In this document: positions 13,731-27,376 of the stretch, in pieces
Layout: every line of letters begins with the position of its first letter
How positions within the stretch are numbered: the first letter of the stretch is position 1
NCBI RefSeq assembly: GCF_009914755.1
Contig: NC_060944.1
Source: the human T2T-CHM13v2.0 reference genome, Homo sapiens
Direction: 5' to 3' (one strand)
DNA: 64,000 nt
Notes under the pieces: model-generated
Told to the model about the DNA's origin: nothing
Seen by the model: the letters and a program-made list of their open reading frames with translations, nothing else
Databases searched by the model: none
Translations under genes and position numbers: made by a program

Positions 13731-13808
13731 TGATTTACCAGTTATTCTAATTTTGAGCAAGAGGGTTTCTCTGAGCTCTAATGAGGAGTCTCACCCTACC
13801 TCAAAGCA

Positions 13809-13992
13809 ATGCAGGACAGAAAAGCCCCCAAATTGGGGCTTAGCCTGGTTCTTGGCTTCACCCAGGAAAGAACGTAAGGGTAAGCTGGTGGTGTTAGACA
13901 GCAACTTTATTGAAGCAGTAGCCTATAGCAACAGAGGCACTGCTCCTTGCAGAGGAGGGTTAACCCATAGACAGTGTGCCCACAGTGGCATC
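13809..13992 (-). mobile_element. ERV1 LTR 3' fragment, same family as 4712-5089
   Basis: Reverse complement has cacactg.ctatg, gcttcaata and gtgaagcc in the same order. Confidence 0.65.
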
Positions 13993-13999
13993 TTACAGC

Positions 14000-14952
14000 A
14001 ACATCACCAGAAACAGACCTGTGGCTGAACAAGTTGTTTCTCACTCATTGAAATAAGGGAAAACACTGTGGAGAACTGTGGTGTCTCTCAGTAAGAGCAT
14101 GTTAAAAAAGACAGTATAGGATGTGGGACTTTAGTTAGATTCCTGTCTTCATCAGCTCTGGCTGCTATATAACGAAGTACTGTAGCCTGGGTGGCTTATA
14201 AACAACGGCAATTTATTTCTCACATTTCTGAAGTCTGGGAAGTCTAAGATCACAATGCCACCATGGTTGGGGTCCAGGGAGGATCCTTTTTTGAGTTGCA
14301 GAATGCCAATTCCTTGCTGTTTCCTCACATGGCAGAAAGAGGGTGAGAGAGCTCTCTGGAGTCCCTATTATAAAAACACTGATCCTATTTATAAGAGTTC
14401 TACCTTCACTCCTCAAACACCTCCCTAGGCCCCAGCTCCTACCACAGTCACCTTGGGGGTTAGAATTTCAACATATGAATTTGGAGAAATGTAAACATTC
14501 AGTGCTTACCAGTGCTTTAGGGGATGTTTTACAGAATCGGACTTTTGCTCTGAAGTGGAGGCCATCAGGAAGTGGTGTTAACACTATGATTGAATACTTT
14601 AAAAATGTGATCTACAATTTGGAAGGAAGTAAGGTTAAAGCTGTGGTTGGTGAATAAGCCACTGTTACACATATTAGCTGGGAATGAGGAGTGTTTGGTC
14701 ATTTGTGTAGTTTAGATAAGGTTCACGTTTCTGTCTGCATTCAGACATGACTGGAGTGGTCTTCTTTTTGTCTTGATTCACCACCATCACAGAGTGGCCT
14801 TTTCTGATGCTGGTACTCAGTGAAATTGTTTATACTCAGCCAGAGAATATTATGACCTAGCTGTGAGTGCCTGTTCTACTCCTAGCAACACCAAGAACTA
14901 ACAGTGCTAGACCAGTTCTCAAATATGAAGGGTTGCGTCTCTGTTTCTTTCT
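14000..14952 (-). mobile_element. Old ERV1 LTR (MER89/MER90-like), probable 3' LTR, split by an MLT1 insertion
   Basis: Homologous to 32540-33026; adjacent minus-strand polypurine tract (ccaaaagagggtag) at about 14952-14966. Confidence 0.6.
14143..14505 (-). mobile_element. MLT1A-like LTR
   Basis: ctgggtggcttataaacaac..atttatttctcaca..tctg...ctgggaagtc signature. Confidence 0.8.
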
Positions 14953-16589
14953 ACCCTCTTTTGGCCAAAGCAAACTAGTCAGGCATCAGGATGTAGATCA
15001 TTGATCCCTACCATTGCTGAGACATTGCTAATCTGATATTTATCCAGAGCGCACTGTCTGCAGGCAAATTAGGGTTTTAATTCACCATCTTGTATTAGTC
15101 AGGACATCTCTTTTCTTCTAAAGCATTTCAAAGTCATGAACTAACCTAAAAATCATACGTGCTATAACACCTTCTTTATCTCTGGGCAGCTGACATATCT
15201 GAGTGAGGGCAATTAAGTCAGCCCACTGGAATTATTCAATTTCTGAGAGAAGCTTGTATTGCAAGGCCAAATTTAAGTTTCTGATCACGTAAATGGCTTT
15301 ATAATTTTTAGCTTTTCTTTTTCAGTATGAACCACATAAAATCAAAATAAAATCACATTTATCTTGGCTAGAAGGTTTGCATGATTGTGAATAGTTCCCA
15401 AAAGGCTGGAAATTATTGGGTCCTCTTTCATCAGATAAAAAATAAATCAATCAACAAAATAAAATACAAATTAAAATAAAAAAGATGATGCCTGGGTTCA
15501 GAGGGAAGCAGCAATGGATGTAGACCTTTGAAGGGTAAGGCGGTAATATTTCATAGATGTCACATGACTGTCAATAAAAGAATCTGTGTAAGATGAGAAA
15601 TTGTTAAGTGTAGTAGAGATCCTAGAACTAAGTCAATGGAAGTTTTCATACATTTTGCTATTGCTGTTATAGATCTTAAACAAGGTCGATATAGCTTGGC
15701 TACTAGAGCTAACAAAAGACTAAAATAAGCAGTAGGTCCCTAATGATTCCCACATAATTGGGTCAACACTTACTGAGATTTTTTATAAACAAAAAGTAAA
15801 AAGGGATTTGTGAATCTAGAAACTTGGAGAAAATTCTTTTAATAGTTACTGTTTCTGTGTGTATGCTTAAAAAGGAACATACTTCTTTTAACTTGAAAAG
15901 TATATGATTACTAAAAGCTAATTCTAGTAATACTTTTTACTAATATAAAATTAACATCAGCTCTCTTCTGGATTTGACATGTTTGGAAAATCTTTTGTAT
16001 GTTTTTAAATCCCAAAGTTGAAGGACTCTCATAACAGTTTTGAAGTATTTAAAACCTGAAGAGTTTCAACAAACCTAATTATTCCTATTTTCCTTTATTT
16101 TATAGGGTGAAAGAGCAAAATTATTCTGAATTTTGGAAGGGTAAAAAAAATCATTATAAAGGACATGATACAAAGTCAAATAATTTCAGGCAACATTATA
16201 AATATTTTGTAAGTAACTGTTCTAATTAAGAATCAATTAAGAAAACTAAACATGAAGTTTCTTGAAAACTGATTTAAGTGCGTACAAAAGGCACCAAAAT
16301 TTAACAGAATAATTAAATCACAAAAAGAAACTTCTACAATCTAAGCATAAAATAGGCCAGTCATGTTACATAAAAATGACACTCATTTTTTTCTGTTTTA
16401 CGTCATTTTTGTAATAATTTGGAGTAAAAATTGAATACATGTCTCTGCATGTATTCAGGCATGCAGAGACAAGTATAAAAATAAGTAATGTTAAAACTTT
16501 TACTCATAGCTTTAAAAAACAACTAACTTACCAGCATATTAAATAATACATACATATCATATTAACTTTGTCCCATGAATAAGCTATTA

Positions 16590-16860
16590 AACATTTCTTA
16601 AGCATAAAATTATATATTCATATTCATATTCATATTTCTCTAATTATCATACCTTGTGTAATTAAATATTTATATTAATTATCCTTATATTAAATTAAAC
16701 AAATATATATTATAAAATGTAATATATAGTACTTCATATTATAAATATATAAAACATAATTATATTATAAATATATAAAATATATAATTTGTTATCAATA
16801 TGCAATATGTGAATTACATTTATAATATATAATATAATATTTATATTACTTATCATCTCT
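16590..16860. repeat. AT-rich low-complexity tract
   Basis: Degenerate (TA)n-like composition. Confidence 0.85.
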
Positions 16861-16984
16861 AATCAAAATAACCAACTTCTTTTTGCAGACACACAAAAAG
16901 TTAGAGAATAAAAAAGGAATTGTTTTATTATTTTTCTCTAAGAACACATATTATTTTAACATTTCAAAGGGAGAACAACTTTTT

Positions 16985-18770
16985 GCTTCTTTCTTTTCAC
17001 AGTTAACAGCTTAATTAAAATAAGATTTGCCTACTATAAAATGTGCCCACTGTAAGTGTACAATTCAAATTGACTAAATTTATAGTTGCACAAGCACCAC
17101 CACAATCCTACCTCAGTACATTTTCATACTCCCCAAAAAAGGTCCTTCACATCCATTTGCAGTCAATCCTGTCTTCCATCCCCAGCTTTAGTTAGGCACA
17201 ATCATCTGCTTTGTCTCTATAAACTTGTCTTTTCTAGACATTGCATATAAATGGAATTACACAATACATAGGCTATTTTCGTCTGGATTCTTTTACTTAG
17301 CACAGTGTTTTTAAGGTTCATTCATGTTCTAGTACATATATTAGTTGTGTGCTTTTAATTATAGAACAGTGTTCCATGGTATGGTATACCACATTTATTT
17401 AACCATTGGCCAATCGATGGGCATTTCAATTGTTTTCAGTTAGACCTATTAGGAATAACACTGCTAGAAACATTCACAGACATGTCTTTGTATCAACATG
17501 AGTTCATTTTTCTTAAATAGATTCCAAGAAGTGGAATTTCTGGGTTGCATGGTAAGTTTAACTTTTTAAGAAACTGCCAAACTTACTTCCAGTGGAGCTG
17601 CACCATTTTAAACTCATACCAGCAATGTGTGGGGATTCCAGTTTCTCTTCATCCTCACCAACACAAGCTACTGTCTTACTATAGCCATTGTAGTGGGTAT
17701 TTAGTAGTATATCATTGTGATTTTTATCTATTATATATGGACCTATGATCCACTTCAGTTAATTTTTTGTGCAGTATGAGACAAGAGTCTTACAGTTTTC
17801 GTTGCTCTATATACCTGAGCTTGTGGCAATACTAAGATGTCTTGATTACTGGAGCTACATGGCAAATTTTGATAACAAGTATGTAAGTCCTCCAACTTCA
17901 TTCTTCTTTCCAAATATTCTTTTGAATATTTTAAGTTCTTTACATATCCATATAAATTTTAGCATCAACTTGTTCATTCTGACAAAAATGCCTCCTAAGA
18001 TAATTACAGGATTGGTTTGAATTTGTAGATTAATTTGGGGAGAATTGTGATCTTGACAAGAATTAGTCTCTAATCAATGAATATGACATGTCTTTACACT
18101 TATGTATACCTTTTAAATTTCTCTCAGCAATGTTTTATAAATTTCAATGTATAGGTTTTGCAAATGTTTTGCTACATTTGTAACTTTTATTCTTTTTCAT
18201 GCGATTATAAATGAAATTTTTATTTCATGTTTGATTTATTTATTGCTAGTATATGGAAACATAATTTTGGAGTTTGATTTACTATCCTACAAAGTTGTTA
18301 AGCTAATCTATAACTTATAACATTTTCTACAGGATCTTGACATCTGTGAATAAAAACAGTCTATTTCTTCCTTGACAAACTGGATGCTTTTATTTTCCTA
18401 TTTATAATTTATGTTTGCTTTATTTCACTCAGTAAAAAACTCTACTATAATTTTGAATAGAAATGGCAAAAGTGGATATCTTGGACTTGTTCACAGACAT
18501 AGGGGAAAAGTATCCAGTTCTGTACCATTATGTGTGATGTTATCCGTGAATTTTATATAGGTATTCTTTATTAGAATGATGAAGACTTGCTTTTTTTTTA
18601 CAGTTTGTTGAAGTTTTATCATTTATGGGTTAGATTTTTTTTCAAATTCTTTTCCTCCATTTATTAAGATAATCATGTGGTTTGTGTTCCTTATTCTAAT
18701 ATGGCATATTGTTTTGATTTTTGAATGTTAAACATACTTTGTAATCCTGAACCAAATCCTATTTGGTGAT
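16985..18770 (-). mobile_element. L1MB-like 3' region
   Basis: L1 3' UTR and ORF2-end motifs (agaaactgccaaact..ttccagtgg.. catcctcaccaacac). Confidence 0.8.
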
Positions 18771-19685
18771 TGTGTAGCCAAATTGAGAGGGTCTCAATGG
18801 ACTGTGTAGGGGTGGGCATCCTGCAGTTGGTGGGATCATACTGGACATTTGTAAGGAAAACCCAGTGTCAGGGGCACCAATGTGGAAAGCATCTCTCTTC
18901 AATCTGGAAGAATCCACTGCTTAAGGTGACAGCTGTAGCCAAAAGAGGGCACAGCTCTGAGATCATTAATTTACTGAGCATTTTGATGATTCACTGGTAC
19001 TACATGGAGTCTCTTCCTCAGGTATAAGCTCAAACCTTACATTTCCGGAAGAGAAAGAAATCACAAGTTGGGTCATTGTGGAGAGATGGTAGGAAATTCC
19101 TCCATTTCAATGTAAGGACCAAAGAGGCCCCCCAGCTGGAATGACCTCTTTGTGAAACTGTTTGGTGAATGTTTCTGGAGATGGCCATCAAAGCTGAGCT
19201 GATGGTTTACTTTCTAAGGACCTTACTCAGGTGGCCACTTTCATTCTCTCTGCATAAATTATTTCTGCTCCCCCCAGCCCCAGGCGACAATAAGAACTGC
19301 ATCGGCTTTCTTATTAAGAGTACTAACAGGGAATTTCTAACGTGGAATTTATAAGACCACTCAGTTTTGTGTAATTTCCCTTCTAATTATTGATTTCTTT
19401 CCTTGTACTTTTTGTCTTTTCTGAAACTTTGATTATTTCATTTTTCTTTTTTTCTGTAGTTTTTTTTAAGTACCATGCAAGATTTAAATAAAATATAATC
19501 TGATAGTTTATTTAAAATTACCTAGATTTCTCTTGGGATGTTGTTTATATTCTTCTTGGTCTACTTTTGAGACACTTCATATCCTCTCTTTATAAAGAGC
19601 AGATATGTCAGGAATATAATAGCAATAATCATATGCCCAGAATTTTTTCACTGTAAGACGTCTGTGATGCTTCAAGGCCTTCTAT

Positions 19686-20393
<708 letters not shown>

Positions 20394-20960
20394 CTGTTCC
20401 CTCCTATGGGCGATGTCATTTATCTTCATTGGGCTCTACTATCTTCAGAGGTTCTTCTTTTGTGGAATTGCTTTCTGATTTTTCAAAGTTCCATGGCATC
20501 AGTTTCTTCTAGTGGTTAAGAGTGGCCAGCAAGTCACCTTCTCATGAAGGCTGTTTGTACACCCTCCTGGGGGCCAGAGCAAACTCTGCCAAGACACCAG
20601 CCATGTTTTTGAGGCTTCTCTCCCAAGCAGACTCTGCAACCTCTCTGCAAGAATGTGCAGACTATAGCATGTTTGTGGCAGCCTCACATACTGATCCTAG
20701 AGCACTTATATCTTCCTCAGTGTCAACTTCAAAACAACCTTTCTGTGAAGCTTTGTTAGATCTAATAGGATGCATGTCTCATCGACAAAGTGATTCAGAA
20801 AATGCAAGCAGTCATCTTCATCACAGTCCTATGGACTTCCAGGCTGAGGTGACACGCAGGGCAGGACTGACAGGTAGGCCAAAGTTCTGGGTAGAGAAGG
20901 TGGCACCAGGCAAAAGGTTTGGAAATTGAGTGGAGGGCCTAGGACCATTGCAGCCAGGAA

Positions 20961-21410
20961 CTGAGAAAGCTGGGGTTGGGACTCGGGGAGAGGGAAGATG
21001 TAGGCCATAGACTGTAGTCTGACCGTGAGACTCAGGGGAGGATGCGGTTGAGAGCATGGAGAGGGTGTCCTTGGGAGAGGACCTAGGAAATAAGCCTCCA
21101 TGAAAGGGCCCTGGAGCAGGAGCTGAAGCCTAATTGACATATCATCACCCCATCCCTTCATGCCCAGCCTCTCTCTGCTGGGATCACTCCCTGGCAACCA
21201 GCTTTTTATCAATCCCCTCTACCTGGCTGGCAAATCCTGAGCTTCACTCCAGGTGGTCACAATCTGACCCTTGTGACCTCATGCTTCCCCACCCCCATTT
21301 GTGAAGTTCCATCACAGGAAGTTCTTCTCCAGTGGCCCCTGATCCAGGGAGACCCACCCTGCAACAGCCCTTGTCTCCCTCCGCCCTTGGTTCCTTCTCA
21401 CCCATCTCAC
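20961..21410 (-). other. Putative 5' UTR intron of the relic B transcript
   Basis: Donor GTG|GTGAGA at 21410 and pyrimidine tract..CAG acceptor at 20961; counterparts GAG|GTGAGA (35809) and ..TAG (35360) in copy 2. Confidence 0.5.
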
Positions 21411-21589
21411 CACCATCTGCCCAGGGGAGCCACATGTCCCAAATTTTGGAGAGAAAATAATTGAGGCTCATTTCCAGGACAGAGGGGCAAGCTGGGTCTA
21501 AAGAGCCAAGCAGAAAGGCTTCCCAAAATCGCTAGGTTGGGAGGGGTCAGAGACGTGTGGCTGCCCCAGCTGTTCTGACTCTGCCCCAG

Positions 21590-21650
21590 CTTTTGGCTCC
21601 ACCCCCTTAAAGCACCTTCAGAGGTTCCCATGGCGACAGTAAACAAGTCT
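21590..21650. promoter_or_regulatory. Putative bidirectional promoter: CACCC box, RFX X-box, forkhead site
   Basis: ctccacccc; GTTCCCATGGCGAC 21624-21637; GTAAACA 21639-21645; first-exon-type splice donors diverge on both sides. Confidence 0.55.
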
Positions 21651-22513
21651 CCACTGCCTTGGCCATGTGCTGTGTTCACCCCACTCCTGATCTTGTTGGC
21701 TGCTCAGGGGCTGACAGCCCAGATGTGCAGCTGTGATGAGCAGAAACAGGGAGGAATGGAGCCCCCAGGTGAGCGGCGAGGCTTGGATTTAGGGAAGAGC
21801 AGCCTGGGGATGTGGATATGGATGGAAGAGGCTCTGAGATTTGGGATCTGAACTTGGGGATCAAGGCAGCAGTTCTTTCTTTATAGGAACTTCCTATTAA
21901 AACACATTTTTTAAAAAAAAAATTTAAATAAAGAAAGGAAAGGGCCTTATAGGAAAGGCCACAGTAGCTCAAAAATTATCAGTATAAGTTAAGGTTTCTG
22001 TGTCTGTTTACTTTTCCGATTTTAATAAAATAAAATATCTGACTCACTAGAGAAAATACATAAAACGTGTACTCGAAGCAGAAAGAGAATTAAAGAATCC
22101 CAGCATGGCCATTACTCATCTTAAGAAACAGAGCAGTATTTACCTTAGCCTCCTTCTGTGGGCCACCACCCCCTTCACCAAACAACCACGTCCTCGGTAG
22201 CCACTCTCCTGAATTATATGTTCATTAGTCAACTGCCTTTCTTTGTAGCTTGACTTAAACTTTCTGTACTATTAAACTATATATTGAATAGTTTTGCATG
22301 TTCGTAAGTTTTAAATACAGCTTGACACTCTATTATCCTGTTGATCTTGATTTTGTGGTGCCATATCTTGCTCCTGCTGACCCACTTCCTGAATGTCTGT
22401 CATTCTCACCTGTGTCTCTCCCTTTCTACTCTTCTTCCAGCCATTGTCATCACTTCCTCAAGCTGTCTAAATTCTGCCCAGCAGTCTGTGAAAATGTTGT
22501 GCTGATGACATAT
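21630..22513 (+). ncRNA. Putative spliced plus-strand transcript (exon 1 ends 21768; exon 2 22441-22513)
   Basis: CAG|GTGAGC donor, long pyrimidine tract tctctccctttctactcttcttccag, TAT|GTAAGG donor; all kept in copy 2. Confidence 0.5.
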
Positions 22514-23393
22514 GTAAGGACTCTAACTCCCCTCAAACAATCTGCTCACCTGAAAGGCTCACTCCTGTTGTAATAAATGACACATAAGGTCACAATTCAA
22601 CCGGTACCCATCTTGGATACCACTTCTTATGTAAACATCAAATATACACCCTCTTCCCACACACTAATGTATCCTGTATATTTGAAATAAAAGTTAGAGA
22701 TATACATACAGAGATTTAAAATCTAAAACTGTCCCCTCCCCAGTAAGTCATGTATCCGTTAAAAGAATATCTGGAAACCTCCAAAAGGAAGCCAAGCATA
22801 GACTATTTGGAAGAACTTGAAGGAGCGAGAGCTGACCCCATCTTTGTACACTGGCAGCACAAGGAGTAAGTGTTACCCTCCCTCATAAGTAAGTGCTACG
22901 CTTCCTTATAATTTGCTAGTGCTTAAGGTTTTCAGTCCGAAAACTTCTCCAGCTTGGTGATCTCTGTCTACCTGGTGGCTCCATCTAGAGGGTCAAGTAA
23001 AAAAAAATGAAACCCAATTGTTGGCATTTTTCAAGAGTTATGCAAGTAGTGAGTGGGGTCTTTCTTCTCTCTTTATGCCTTTGTAATTTACTCTTTACAT
23101 TTACTATTACACTTATCATGATCTGTTGTTTATTCGTGTTATTTAGGCCAATGCTTCTAAAGCTAACTGCTTTAGGATCATTTTTGAAATTTCCATTCCT
23201 TTTCAAATAAATATTTTTGTAAAAGAAATTGTTTTAAAAAAGTTCCTGGAAAAATAAAATGCAAAATTTATACATATTAGAAGTAAAAAAATGTTTATTA
23301 ATAAATTTAGCAAGTCAGAACAGCTATATAGAAAAAGAAAAGAATTTCAGAAACTGTACTTGGTGTTTGTTGATAGTGTGCACATGGGGGATA

Positions 23394-24710
23394 AGTGTGG
23401 AAAAGAGCAACTCAAGGTGTGTTTTTCCTCTGTTCTCTCAACAGCAACAATCAACACGGAAGACTTCTGTGACCAAATGTGTGCACGTTTCTCTCCATAC
23501 ACCAAGCAAGCAATCTATTCTGCAGCAGACACCAACTGGAAGTCCTCCAATTCAATTCAATTCTGACACTGTCTACCTGGAAATGGCCTCAGCAACCACA
23601 GGTTGAGAGCTCAGTCCCACAAGAACACCTCCTCCTTCCAACCAGTTGAAACTCCACACCTCCAGAACTTCTCACTGACTGGCTTCGAGTTGAGGTTTCC
23701 ACAGTCCTCTGTTTGAGTTTGATTAATTTGCTAGAGAAGTTCACAGAACACAAGGAAACACTTACTTATGTTGATCAATTTATCACAAAGGATGTTTTAA
23801 AAGATCCAAATGGGGGCCAGGCACAGTGGCTCATGCCTGTAATCCCAGCACTTTGGGAGGCTGAGGCAGGCGGATCATGAGGTCAGGAGATCAAGACCAC
23901 CCTGGCTAACACGGTGAAACCCCGTCTCTACTTAAAAAAAAAAAAAAAAATTAGCCGGGTGTGGTGGTGGGCACCTGTAGTCCCAGCTACTCAGGAGGCT
24001 GAGGCAGGAGAATGGCATGAACCCAGGAGGCAGAGCTTGCAGTGAGCGGAGATTGCGCCTCTGCACTCCAGCCTGGGCAACAGACCAAGACTCTGTCTCA
24101 AAAAAAATAAATACATAAAATAAAAAATAAAAAATAAATAAATAAATAAATAAAGGATCCAAATGAAAAGCCAGATGAAGAGATATATAGTGTGAGGCCT
24201 GGAAGAGCACAGGAGCTTCTGTCCCTGTGGAGTTGGGGTGTGTCATCCTCCTGGCACATGACAGGTTCTTCTTCTGCTTCCTGTCAGCCTCCACATGTTC
24301 AGCTCTCCAGAAGCTCTATACATCCTGTCCTTTCAGGCCTTTTATGAAGACTCCATTGGATAGGCAAGATAACAAACATGTAGAAATGTTATTAGACCAA
24401 AGGGTATGATCTATAATATCTATTATAATGCCAATAGACTGAGTGGGGAAACCCGGCAAGGCCTGTCTATTCAGATTCTTGTTAGCACCTCTGTGCAGCA
24501 TTCCTTCCTCCAGGGTATGGCAGGACCTTTCTCAAATGAGGATCTTATGGCCCACAATCAGAAAGGCAGGGGAAGATTAGAGGAGGGCAGGGGAAGGTCA
24601 GAGAGAGAGATTATATTTTCTGAGGTCTGCTCCTGAGACTTAAAGCACTCCAACATTATAACAGAAGACTATGGGAGTTATGCCAACAACCATGGATGAA
24701 AACATGTTTT
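23394..24710 (-). mobile_element. MER21A/B-like LTR containing an Alu
   Basis: gaagacttctgtgaccaaatgtgtg...ccaattcaattc..gacact signature; paralog 41683-42845. Confidence 0.8.
23815..24150 (+). mobile_element. AluY-like element
   Basis: Full Alu with (AAAT)n tail, TSD gatccaaatg; absent from copy 2. Confidence 0.95.
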
Positions 24711-25039
24711 ATATATAATATATATATTATATATAATTATATATTATGTATTATTATATATAATTATATATTATATATATTTTATATATACTCGCAAGAG
24801 GTTAATTCAGAAAATTGCTACTGTGGTTGCTACTTTTTGTCCTTTAACAACCAATTTAAAGTAAAATTTTGACTGAAATAGCAATTGATTTTTGAGAAAT
24901 GTCAGCAATCGCAATGATAATAATTTTTTAGCCATTATCCCAAAGGAAACGAGTGATGTTTTCAAAATGTACTTCAATCCTTCAGCAATAATCAGATAAA
25001 TAAATTTCCTGTAAAATTATAATTAAAAGTAAATGATAC

Positions 25040-25855
25040 TTTTAATTTTTATGGATAAATAATATTTGTACATATTTATGAGATTCATGTGATATTTTGT
25101 TACATGCATACAATATATAATGGTCAAGACAGGGTATTTAGGGCAACTGCTACCTTGAGTATGTGTCATGTTCTGTGTTTATCATTTGAAATCTTCTTGC
25201 TATTTTGAAAGACAATACACTGTTGTTAACTATAATCACTCTACTATGATATTGAACAGTATAATTTATTCCTTTATCTAACTGTATGTTTGTACCCATT
25301 AACTAACCTCTGTCCATCTCCCGCACCCTTGCCATACACACTCTTTTCATCTTCTTGTATCTATTATTCTCTTCTCTACCTCCAGGAGATTAACATTTTT
25401 AGCTCCCACACATATGTGATGACTTGTAATATTTGTCTTTCTGTGCCTGGCTTTTTTCACTTATGTTAATGAACTCCAGTTCCATTCATGCTGCTGCAAA
25501 TGACACGATTTCCTTATTTTTATTGCTGGATATTATTCCATTGTGTGTATACGCTGCATTTTTATCCATTGGTTTATTGACGAACACTTAGGTTGATTCC
25601 ATATCTTTGCTATTGTTAGTAGTGCTACGATAAACATGGGAGTGCAGATATCTTTTTGAAATATTGATTTTGTTTTCTTTATATAAATACCCAGTAGTGG
25701 TATTTTTGAATCATATGGTAGTTCTATTTTTTGATTTTACTAATTTATATTCCCACCGGTAGTGTGTAAAAGTTCCCTTTTCTCCACATCCTCACCAGCA
25801 TCTGTTATTTTTTGTCTTTTTAATAATAGTCATTCTAACTTAGGTAAGAGGATAT
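25040..25855 (-). mobile_element. L1MA 3' end; paralog about 43130-43945
   Basis: tttttagctcccaca.atg..ga..tgtaatatttgtctttctgtgcctggctt motif. Confidence 0.85.
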
Positions 25856-27049
25856 CTAAATTATCTTTCAATGAAAGGAATGAGGGATACATTAATATTA
25901 GGCATTGATCTTCTTTTGACAGAAAAACATCAAAATGTTGTACAAATTTGTAAGGATTTGATAATAAATTTTGGCAGATGTCCAATATCAAGATCACCAA
26001 CCACTTCATTAATAATTGTTGTTAAGTCATGGAACTTGTCTGCAGAAATTGTATTCTTCCAAGCTTCTAACTGAGGATTTTGCCCTTCAACCTTATCTGC
26101 TGTGAAAAGACATGTTTTTTTTTTGCAAAGCAATATTAAGATAATTGAAATATCCAAAATACTAGACAAATGAGAAAGATTCGTTGTCCAATTTCATCTT
26201 AAAGTCAATATCAAATTGGTTGCTTACCTTGGAAACACTGAGATTGTTCTATAGTTCAACAGTTCTCCACCAAACTTTTACCCTCAATAAAGATGTACTT
26301 CCACATACATTAACAGTTGTTTTTAGTCAGCTTTCACATTATTGCCTATAAAAAAATTAAAGTTATTACCCTTATGGAATGATTACATTTTACAATTTCT
26401 CTAAGCATAATGTTTAGTTCAACAAGATTTTTTGCTTTTCTATATATAACAAAAATTTCTCAATGAAGCAAACATTACATTGATTTATAATCTATCGCAA
26501 GCTTCTTAATCTGACTAATTATTTCAGAACATGCGCCTACTGTGCTCAACAATTACATAGTTCCTGCCATTTGTGACTCATCATGTGAATTTGACCTGTT
26601 CTGTAACTCTTTCAATAAAGCAAGTCCACTTGCTTTGGCACAGTCAAATTGCACTAAAAGTGTTGAAACACTTACTCTCAACAACTGTCTTAATCCTCTC
26701 CCAGGACAGTAGTTGAATATTCACCATGCAGCAATGGTCCACAGACCACCACTTGAATTCCACTGAATAGGCATTGTTTTCTCCCCATCAACTGACAGGG
26801 AATTCCTAAAAGTGATGTTTAGCTTATTTTCTGTTTGCAAAGTCATACTATGGCACACTACATTTAGATTCATGCAACAAATATTTATTAGAATTAGAAA
26901 TATTTAATAGAATTAAACAATGAGGCTATATCATTAGATACATGTTAAGTAGTGATCTTCCATGTCCAAAAAGTCTTTTCACACACTTGTCTTTCTTTGG
27001 GTTCAAATCAAGATAAAAAGTTTGTGTGTGTGTGTATGTGTGCTTTGTT

Positions 27050-27215
27050 TGTTTGGAGACAGAGTCTCGCACTGTTGCCCAGGCTGGAGTGCAGTGGTGC
27101 AATCTTGGCTCACTGCAAACTCCACTTCCCAGGTTCAAGTGATTCTTGTTGCCTCAGCCTCCCAAGTAGCGGGGATTGCAGAAGCCTGTAATCCACCACG
27201 CCTGGCTAATGTTTT

Positions 27216-27251
<36 letters not shown>

Positions 27252-27376
27252 GATTTTTAGTAGAGATGGGGTTTCATTATGTTGGCCAGGCTGGTCTCAA
27301 ACTGCTGACCTCATGATCCGCCCACTTCGGCCTACCAAAGTGCTGGGATTACAGGTGTGAGACACCGCGCCCGGCC
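27050..27376 (-). mobile_element. AluS with an expanded central T/A run
   Basis: Alu consensus flanked by gtgtgtgtg. Confidence 0.93.

Larger units (their letters stand above)
22985..26765 (-). mobile_element. hAT-Charlie (Charlie1-like) DNA transposon fossil in three pieces (about 22985-23390, 24790-25040, 25860-26765)
   Basis: Decayed transposase motif L.RGK.W.R..EL..W...LSHL..I, matching hAT WLSRG..L.R.FEL..W..LAYL.DIF; outer pieces less certain. Confidence 0.72.

Noticed and set aside
20522-20929. 135-aa plus-strand ORF over relic B
   Set aside because: Non-ATG start, antisense to the relic, and shorter in copy 2.
21882-21893. 12-nt match to one arm of the yeast FRT site (TATAGGAACTTC)
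   Set aside because: Spacer and second arm are absent, and it occurs in both old paralogs, so it is coincidence rather than an engineered scar.
25860-26765. Possible large exon of the duplicated gene
   Set aside because: Decayed hAT/Charlie transposase with many stops, split by older insertions; not a domesticated intact gene.
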